A stretch of DNA of 64,000 nucleotides from Candidatus Gottesmanbacteria bacterium UBA5942. Its GTDB lineage: Bacteria > Patescibacteriota > Microgenomatia > UBA10105 > UBA927. Location of the stretch: positions 9,639 to 73,638 of the forward strand of contig DJCU01000001.1 of assembly GCA_002430725.1 (NCBI GenBank), read 5' to 3'. Each line of letters opens with the position of its first letter. Within the stretch, counting starts at the first letter, position 1. This document shows, one piece after another, positions 29,727 to 36,604 of the stretch. The notes beneath the pieces were generated by a model that was given only the letters and a program-made list of their open reading frames with translations, searched no databases and was not told the origin of the DNA. Position numbers and translations under genes: made by a program.

Positions 29727-29963
29727 ATGCCAATCATAAAACGAGCTATTAAAAAGTTGCGCCATGACCGTGCGCGCACCTTACAGAACGAAAAATCAAG
29801 AAACACCCTGAAAATGGTGGTTAAAAAAGCACGAAAAGTGCCAACAATTAAATCTATCTCAGAAGCAGCAAGTGCGCTTGATAAGGCCGTCAAAAAACAT
29901 CTTATCCATAAAAACGCAGCAGCCCGCACCAAATCAAGGCTGTCAAAACTTCTCAAAAAATAA
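29727..29963 (+). CDS. rpsT: 30S ribosomal protein S20
   Basis: MPIIKRAIKKLR..LDKAVKKHLIHKNAAARTKSRL. Confidence 0.96.
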   Translation: MPIIKRAIKKLRHDRARTLQNEKSRNTLKMVVKKARKVPTIKSISEAASALDKAVKKHLIHKNAAARTKSRLSKLLKK

Positions 29964-30025
29964 TACGTTTTTTAGAGGCATCCCCCGTTTCATTTAGTGA
30001 TTTCCCTTGCTATACTTGAAGATGT

Positions 30026-30577
30026 ATGCCTGCCAATCAAATACGCATTAATCTTTTGGGGACTCAAGATTTGGGTCACACACCATGGGGACGCCTCGTC
30101 TCGTGGGCAACCACATACGGAAGATACATCATGATCACCACTGAAATTGTGGTGCTTTTGGCATTTATATCCCGCTTCAGCCTCGATCGCAAAAATACCG
30201 ACCTAACTGAAGAGCTTGGTCAAAAACAGGCAATTATCGAAGCAAACCTTGAATTCGAACGGGAAATAAAATCATTACAGGCAAATCTTACGACCGCAAA
30301 AAAGCTTCTCACTGATCAAACAAAACCGGTAGAGCTTCTCAATCTTATAGAATCAACGCTCCCTGCCGATGTTTTTCTTTCATCACTCGATATTTCGCAA
30401 ACCAAACTGACACTCACCGCTTCGGCAGGCACGACACAAGGATTTGCACAATTTCTATCAAATATCCAATCGGTTCGCCAACTCCAAAATGTATTATTGG
30501 GAGACATACGGCGCGAACCCACGACAGGTATCGAATTTCAACTCACTGCTGATGTCGCAGGTGCACCAAAAAAATAA
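30026..30577 (+). CDS. pilN: Type IV pilus alignment protein PilN-like
   Basis: N-terminal INLL motif, TM, coiled coil, LPADVFLSSL ferredoxin-like domain. Confidence 0.8.
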   Translation: MPANQIRINLLGTQDLGHTPWGRLVSWATTYGRYIMITTEIVVLLAFISRFSLDRKNTDLTEELGQKQAIIEANLEFEREIKSLQANLTTAKKLLTDQTKPVELLNLIESTLPADVFLSSLDISQTKLTLTASAGTTQGFAQFLSNIQSVRQLQNVLLGDIRREPTTGIEFQLTADVAGAPKK

Positions 30578-30580
30578 CGT

Positions 30581-31237
30581 ATGGCAAACACACCACTTAA
30601 TCAATCAAGTCTCGATACTCAATTCCACCGATATTACCAACGACTTACCCCTATCATGAAAAAACCAAAAATGCGGGCGTCTACGACCGCGGTTTTTTCG
30701 TTTTTAGCAATCTCGCTATTTACATGGTATGCCATACGACCTACCGCTCAAACGATTATTTTCCTACGCCGCGAAATTTCCGACAAAACAGCGCTCAATG
30801 AACAAATGGAAAATAAAATCACCGCACTCATAGAATCACAAGATACCTATGAAAAGATCAAAGAACGACTTCCGATAGTCCAACAAGCGCTCCCCCCAAA
30901 TCCAGATGGGGTTATACTGGCACGACAATTACGAAATCTCGCTGTTATCTCGGGTGCGTCCATTTCCGCCATACAAGTACCCAGTCTTCCTATCTTAGGA
31001 AAAGAGGCAACGCCAGGAGCAAAACTCGCGCCGCCCAAACCGCTCGAAGAATTTCCTGTGAACGTGGTGCTCACCGGCCCTTATGCATCACTAAAAACAT
31101 TTATTGATGGATTACTGACGCTTCGGCGCATTACATCTATCGACACCATTAATATACGACCAGCCCTTCGACAAGGGCTTTCTCTCGATTCATTACAACT
31201 ATCTATTAAGATACAATCGTATTACTCAACACAATAA
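30581..31237 (+). CDS. pilO: Type IV pilus alignment protein PilO-like
   Basis: TM, coiled coil, ALP, GPYASLKTFIDGLLTLRRITSI; follows pilN. Confidence 0.8.
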   Translation: MANTPLNQSSLDTQFHRYYQRLTPIMKKPKMRASTTAVFSFLAISLFTWYAIRPTAQTIIFLRREISDKTALNEQMENKITALIESQDTYEKIKERLPIVQQALPPNPDGVILARQLRNLAVISGASISAIQVPSLPILGKEATPGAKLAPPKPLEEFPVNVVLTGPYASLKTFIDGLLTLRRITSIDTINIRPALRQGLSLDSLQLSIKIQSYYSTQ

Positions 31238-31241
31238 CACT

Positions 31242-31439
31242 ATGGACGAAGAACGGGATTTATTACTTGTTGCAGTATTTACGACACTCACGATATTTTT
31301 GTGGGTATTTTTCGAATTGGTAAAAACATCCAAAACATCGTCAATTGCCACCCCACTTCAGCAAGTCGTGAGTCCACTCACCAGCAAAATTGAAGTAGAG
31401 GTAATTGATGAACTTGAAAAAAGAAGCACATTAGATTAA
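31242..31439 (+). CDS. Small single-TM protein following pilO
   Basis: 65 aa, one TM, tightly coupled to both neighbours (4 nt gaps). Confidence 0.65.
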   Translation: MDEERDLLLVAVFTTLTIFLWVFFELVKTSKTSSIATPLQQVVSPLTSKIEVEVIDELEKRSTLD

Positions 31440-31443
31440 TGAT

Positions 31444-32733
31444 ATGCAGGAGCGAAAAATTCCAACACTCATCGGATTATTATTAGTAGCCATCGCAGTC
31501 ATGGTATTCCGATTTGCGTTCGATCGTATCAGCCCATATATGTCGCGGGCATCAGCAATACAGTCGCCCCAAAACGTAACCATCAGCAATATTACTGACA
31601 CAGCATTTACTGTGTCATGGCTTACACAAGAACAGACAACGGGGGCAATTGTTGTTGAAGGCATCACGTCTCCTTTTTATGACGATCGTCAACTAACACC
31701 GTCCTCCTCGTCAACGAAACGAGAAGAGTTATTTTTTACTCATAGTGTTTCTATAAGAAATAGTAATCCAGACACCACATATAAATTCCGGATATTGTCC
31801 GGAGGTAAAATCTATACAGATAATGGCAACGCGTACGAAGTGCGCACAGCTCCGCTACTCAATGGCACTGGAACAAATTTAGAACCAGCGTATGGTCAAG
31901 TAACAACGCCTACAGATTTACCAGCCGAAGGCTCACTCGTCTACTTAACCATGACAAACGGGCAAACACTTTCTACCCTTGTTAACACGTCTGGTTCGTG
32001 GGTCATCCCGCTTAACCTTGTCCGCACACAAGACTTAACGAGGTTTATCGAACCTGCCGAACGCATCGATGAATCTATTGTCATCCGTTCACCAGAGGGT
32101 GAAGCCTCTGCGCTCACCGATAGCCTCAATGATAATCCCGTACCTGCGATGACTATCGGTAAAACATACGATTTTAGAAAAATTCAGGCTAACAATCTCA
32201 ATGAAAACAAGAAACTTGCCGAAGCCCCCCCTGCGGTTCTCGGTACGCAAACAAGTCAGGCTGCGCAAACCATCGCAATCACAAAACCAGCGCAAGGGGC
32301 GGCAATACCTTCAAATTTACCGCTCATTCAGGGTACTGGACTACCAGGTAAAAACGTTTTGGTAGTGGTAGGGATACAAAATCCGCTCAGCGCTTCCGTT
32401 ACTGTGGGGGCAGATGGTATTTGGCGATACACCCCCGAACGCCCACTACATGAAGGGAAACAAAGCGTCACTATCACCACTCAAAACGCCCAAAATCAAA
32501 CAAAGGCTATTACACATACCTTTGAAATCCTTAAAAGTGGAACACAGGTGTTGGGCGATGCTACCCCATCAGCAACCATAGAACCTACCCCAACACTCGA
32601 TGAAACACCTTCACCTACTGCAACACTCACCGGAGAAGAAATGCCTACAAGCGGCAATGAGCTGCCGCTCATCATCATGCTTATACTCGGTGCTACATTA
32701 TTATTAGGCGGAGGCAGCTTACTGTTTCTCTAG
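31444..32733 (+). CDS. Surface protein: FN3-like domain, Ig-like domains, C-terminal TM
   Basis: PQNVTISNITDTAFTVSWLT..HSVSI..PDTTYKFRI (FN3); GADGIWRYTP (Big-like); MPTSG + TM. Confidence 0.8.
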   Translation: MQERKIPTLIGLLLVAIAVMVFRFAFDRISPYMSRASAIQSPQNVTISNITDTAFTVSWLTQEQTTGAIVVEGITSPFYDDRQLTPSSSSTKREELFFTHSVSIRNSNPDTTYKFRILSGGKIYTDNGNAYEVRTAPLLNGTGTNLEPAYGQVTTPTDLPAEGSLVYLTMTNGQTLSTLVNTSGSWVIPLNLVRTQDLTRFIEPAERIDESIVIRSPEGEASALTDSLNDNPVPAMTIGKTYDFRKIQANNLNENKKLAEAPPAVLGTQTSQAAQTIAITKPAQGAAIPSNLPLIQGTGLPGKNVLVVVGIQNPLSASVTVGADGIWRYTPERPLHEGKQSVTITTQNAQNQTKAITHTFEILKSGTQVLGDATPSATIEPTPTLDETPSPTATLTGEEMPTSGNELPLIIMLILGATLLLGGGSLLFL

Positions 32734-32740
32734 CAAAATC

Positions 32741-32759
32741 ACGCATGCATTGCGTTTTT
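32741..32759 (+). terminator. Weak intrinsic terminator after the pilN-FN3 gene run
   Basis: ACGCA-TGCAT-TGCGT-TTTT, 7 nt after the stop codon. Confidence 0.45.
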
Positions 32760-32887
32760 GGTATATCCCAATAACAAGCACTTGACGAAACGAGTAAAAA
32801 CCCGTTAGTCTGATAATAGGTGTACACTTTGTATTCGTAGGCTTACGCGACATATCCTAAGCCGAGAGTACGCATTTAACTAATCTT

Positions 32888-33955
32888 GTGCCAGACGATA
32901 TTTTAGACGCAGCTCAAAAAGCAATAAATGACGCAGCAAAAAACGCCGATGCAGGCGCAGTTCCTGCTGCTCCTCTAAACGAAACACCTGCACCACAAAG
33001 CGCACCGCTACCGCCTGAACCAGTCGAACCAGTAACACCCCCACCTGCAGAAATGCCGCAGTCATCACCGGTAACACCCGAAACACCAGCGTCAACAGAT
33101 GCTCCTACAACACCCACGCAGGCATCCACCGATATGACAAAAGAAGAAATGATGAATGAACTCCTTGGGTCAACGTCAGTCGCTGCCCCAGCGTCAGTGG
33201 TCGTTCCTCCTCCAGAAAAAAGTGGAAAACCGCACAGCGGAAGCTTGCCGCCCAAAAAAACTTCTAAGGTAGGTATTATCGCTGTTATCGCAGCGTTACT
33301 TCTGACGCTCCCAGTTGCGGTTTATTTCATATCACAACAAAACAGTCAGATCGCAGATATTAGAAATCGCGCTGCCTGGGATACGGTATACCAAGGCTGT
33401 ACCGTCAGTCCTGATAGTTGTAAATCACTCGGACCAGGCTGGTCGTGCCATTGTCAAAATGGAACAGCGTGCACCCACACCGAATGCGAATACGATATTG
33501 AACGGAACTGTAGAGACCAAGGGAGACAATACTGCTTGAATGTCTTTAACGGAAATGCCATGACATGTTGCGTTGAAGGCTATGTCTGTGGACCAAGCGG
33601 CGGCTGTGTCCCTGGTGGAGGTGGTGGCGATGATGATAGCGGTGATGATGACGATACGGAGCCAACTCCCACGCCCACCACAGGAATTACGCCAGTCTGC
33701 CAAAATATAAAACTCTACAAAAATGGCACACAGGTTACTGACCTTAACACCCTTCGCGCTGGTGACGAAGTAGTACTCGCTGTCAAAGGCAACCTTTCAC
33801 CAACGAAGGCACACTTTAGAGTTAACGGGTCTGGCTGGACAGAAACCACAACTAAAAATGCAAGCGATGAGTTTACATGGAGTTACACCATACCTGAAGG
33901 TGTACCTGACTTTGTTATAGAAGGCGAAGTGTTTACGAACGGAGCATGGAGATAA
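32888..33955 (+). CDS. Membrane protein: Pro-rich N-terminus, TM, Cys-rich extracellular domain, Ig-like C-terminus
   Basis: GTG start; ~125 aa Pro/Ala/Thr-rich region, one TM, a 12-Cys cluster, GGGGGDDDSGDDDD linker. Confidence 0.75.
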   Translation: MPDDILDAAQKAINDAAKNADAGAVPAAPLNETPAPQSAPLPPEPVEPVTPPPAEMPQSSPVTPETPASTDAPTTPTQASTDMTKEEMMNELLGSTSVAAPASVVVPPPEKSGKPHSGSLPPKKTSKVGIIAVIAALLLTLPVAVYFISQQNSQIADIRNRAAWDTVYQGCTVSPDSCKSLGPGWSCHCQNGTACTHTECEYDIERNCRDQGRQYCLNVFNGNAMTCCVEGYVCGPSGGCVPGGGGGDDDSGDDDDTEPTPTPTTGITPVCQNIKLYKNGTQVTDLNTLRAGDEVVLAVKGNLSPTKAHFRVNGSGWTETTTKNASDEFTWSYTIPEGVPDFVIEGEVFTNGAWR

Positions 33956-33956
33956 T

Positions 33957-34685
33957 ATGGGATTTTTGAAAAAATATTGGTATCTACTGCTTGTCACCAT
34001 TATCACTGCTGGCATTGGCGTGGTAGCCTACATTACAAGCACTAAGCTGGAACAACGAGCACCTGTTGCTCCCACTGTGCCGCAAGTCACACCAAAAGCG
34101 ACTGATGTAAACTGCAAACTTGTCTTTAGCATCGAGGCTGAACCAACACCAACACCGACTGACGGTCCGACTCCGACTCCGACACCAACGCCGACACCTG
34201 GACCAACAGCTACGCCTACACCGGAACCAACCGCCACTCCAACGCCTGTCGCTAACAATGAAAATCCGGTCTGCGTAGATCTCACTGTCGAACCTGCAAC
34301 GGGCACTGTCCCCTATACCGTCACCTTGACCTGTATTGGACGGGATGAAGACGGTGATATTACCGCTGCAGAATTTACCATGCCCGATGGATCTACCAAG
34401 CTTGTTGAACAAAATGTTGGCAGCCCAGGGTCACTTACCACCACCTATACAGTTACGACAAGTGGCGCATACAGCTTCTCCTGTCAGGTACGAGACAACA
34501 ACAGCGTTTGGGTATCGTCCGAAAACTGCCGCGTCTCAACAGGGCCAACGCCGCCACCAGGAACTACTGCAACGCCGACTCCTATCCCAACACCGAAAAT
34601 ACCGGTCGCTGGAGTACCATCAGTCCTTGGAGCATCAGCGGTTGCTGGAGGACTACTCTTACTGCTCATCGGGTTAATATTCTAA
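33957..34685 (+). CDS. PKD/Ig-like surface protein with PT repeats and C-terminal TM
   Basis: PTPTPT linker, domain paralogous to 1493-2266 (DITAAEF, CQVRDNN), IPVAG + TM. Confidence 0.8.
   Translation: MGFLKKYWYLLLVTIITAGIGVVAYITSTKLEQRAPVAPTVPQVTPKATDVNCKLVFSIEAEPTPTPTDGPTPTPTPTPTPGPTATPTPEPTATPTPVANNENPVCVDLTVEPATGTVPYTVTLTCIGRDEDGDITAAEFTMPDGSTKLVEQNVGSPGSLTTTYTVTTSGAYSFSCQVRDNNSVWVSSENCRVSTGPTPPPGTTATPTPIPTPKIPVAGVPSVLGASAVAGGLLLLLIGLIF
34143..34247 (+). repeat. Degenerate coding tandem repeat (CCN ACN)n encoding a Pro-Thr linker
   Basis: ccaacaccaacaccgactgacggtccgactccgactccgacaccaacgccgaca..., 6-nt periodicity. Confidence 0.8.
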
Positions 34686-34862
34686 GCCCCACGTACGACC
34701 GAGCTTTTGAGGGGCATCTCTCTTTACTCGTGTATTACTCGTATAACTTCAAAAGCGCGGCTTCTCCACATAAATAGGAGCAAGGGAAACAAAATGATGT
34801 TCTACCCTTTAAAGCAACATATACGCATAGAAAAAAAAGGGGGGGAAGATATAAAGGTGAAG

Positions 34863-35891
34863 CTATTGAAGCTTACTTTTTACGAATGTGTGTACTGCCT
34901 CAAAGCTTTCTTTTGGAAGAAGTACATAGCGCCCATACCACGAACTGGGGGGCGTATACAGCTGATCTTCTATCGATATCCGTTGCGTATTTTCCTTGGG
35001 TATCTGCAAAAACATCTTGCCTATTGTTAGTAGTTCTCCGATATTCAAATCGGTGTCTGTCGCTTCATCAAACGCGCCATATAATTTTTCTACCTCTCCG
35101 GGGTGAAGATAAATATCCTGAGATAATAGCTTTGATTTAAGCGCGAGCAACACTTCCTGTTGACGTCTCCCTCGTGCAAAATCACTTCCTTCGTCCCCTT
35201 CCGCATGCCTACTCCGCACATATTTAAGTGCCAACGCCCCATCCATCGTTTGCAAACCAGCATCAAAATGAAGTGGCTCATACCGGCAACCAAACTCAGG
35301 GTCTCCGCCACATTCATCATTCTCACGACCCGGAATAGGGAACTCTGTATCAGTAAAACTTTTTGGCACATCTATTTCAACCCCGCCCACAAGGTCTATA
35401 ACTTTCCGAAATCCTGAAAAATCCAACACTAATGCATATTGGATAGGAAGCCCTATCATGTCCGATACGATTGCTTTCGCAAGTATTAATCCGCCGCCTT
35501 TTTTCTTTAATTCTCCATAGTGATACGCGCTGTTTACCTTATCTTTGAGCGTATCGCTCCAAATATCACGAGGGACGGAAATCATCGCGAGTGTATGATT
35601 TTTTTCATGGAAAGATAACACAAGGATAGTATCAGTTAAATCAGTACCATCATGATCACCACCAGGAATACCCAAAAGCAAGATGTTTACTCGACCATCT
35701 ATTGGTTTTAAATCTGCGCCCGCATCAAACACCAACTTAAATAGTGTCGTGGGAGTGATACCTGTGGTTGACATAAAATTCTGGGAGATCGCTATGCCTC
35801 GAAGCAACGCATACCCCACCAGCAATATGCTGAGAGCAAGCACGACCCACGCTATTTTTGGCACATGAATACGGCGGATACGCGGTTCCAT
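34863..35891 (-). CDS. LCP (LytR-CpsA-Psr) family glycopolymer transferase
   Basis: TM, NILLLG, TDTILV, SVPRD, YVRSRH..SDFARGRRQQ. Confidence 0.93.
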   Translation of the reverse strand: MEPRIRRIHVPKIAWVVLALSILLVGYALLRGIAISQNFMSTTGITPTTLFKLVFDAGADLKPIDGRVNILLLGIPGGDHDGTDLTDTILVLSFHEKNHTLAMISVPRDIWSDTLKDKVNSAYHYGELKKKGGGLILAKAIVSDMIGLPIQYALVLDFSGFRKVIDLVGGVEIDVPKSFTDTEFPIPGRENDECGGDPEFGCRYEPLHFDAGLQTMDGALALKYVRSRHAEGDEGSDFARGRRQQEVLLALKSKLLSQDIYLHPGEVEKLYGAFDEATDTDLNIGELLTIGKMFLQIPKENTQRISIEDQLYTPPSSWYGRYVLLPKESFEAVHTFVKSKLQ

Positions 35892-35905
35892 ATAGATATG
35901 AATAC

Positions 35906-36586
35906 TTACGACAACACAGCGCGAATAAGCGACACAAATTTGTCCGGATCCAGACTTGCCCCGCCGACCCCAACCCCGGAAAGATATGGCTGGTCAGTAA
36001 ACCCTTTGACATTCTCATGTGTTACGCTTCCCCCATATAAAATTGGCACAGTCGGAAAAATCTGCTGTATTTCCATTGCTGCCGCATTTGCGTTTTCTGG
36101 TGAGTCCGATGTACCTGAGCCAATAGCAAACAACGGTTCATAGAGCAATAATCCACTTTTGGCAAACTCCGGTGCAAGCATATTAAGCTGCTTTATTTGC
36201 TCTGTATTTGATACGCAAACAACAGGCTTAATACCCACCTCGATTACGCGCTTTACTTTTTCTGCCACAATCTCATCGGTTTCTCCAAAGTGTTTTCGCC
36301 TCTCAGAGTGGCCAATCATCGCGTGAGTTACATCATCTTTTACCATCGAGGCGGCTACCTCACCTGTATAGGCACCCATATCAAATGGAGAAATATTCTG
36401 TACTCCTGTCGCATAGGTATTACTTTTATGAGCAAACAATGACACGTGATGATATGCAGGGCATAAAATTATAGTGACGTTATCGAGTATGGGAGGTACA
36501 TTTTTAACAAATGACTGTTGCCAAAGCACTGCTTCTGCTGTTGTTTTGTTCGACTTCCAGTTCCCTAAAATGAAAAGGTTTTTCAT
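35906..36586 (-). CDS. tpiA: Triosephosphate isomerase
   Basis: GNWK, GAYTGEV, GHSERR, YEPLFAIG, YGGSV, VGGASL. Confidence 0.96.
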   Translation of the reverse strand: MKNLFILGNWKSNKTTAEAVLWQQSFVKNVPPILDNVTIILCPAYHHVSLFAHKSNTYATGVQNISPFDMGAYTGEVAASMVKDDVTHAMIGHSERRKHFGETDEIVAEKVKRVIEVGIKPVVCVSNTEQIKQLNMLAPEFAKSGLLLYEPLFAIGSGTSDSPENANAAAMEIQQIFPTVPILYGGSVTHENVKGFTDQPYLSGVGVGGASLDPDKFVSLIRAVLS

Positions 36587-36604
36587 GTGCTACTATTATA
36601 GTCT
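36587..36604. promoter_or_regulatory. Overlapping divergent -10 boxes for tpiA and pcrA
   Basis: 18 nt gap. + strand TGC-TACTAT (36588-36596) lies 8 nt before the pcrA ATG; - strand TATAAT (36600-36595) lies 8 nt before the tpiA ATG. Confidence 0.6.

Noticed and set aside
34143-34247. Short tandem repeats considered as a CRISPR array or VNTR element
   Set aside because: Synonymously diverged 6-nt coding repeats; no constant repeat with unique spacers and no cas genes.
34707-35030. 107 aa + strand ORF spanning the structured intergenic region
   Set aside because: TTG start, overlaps the LCP gene antisense, no recognisable features.
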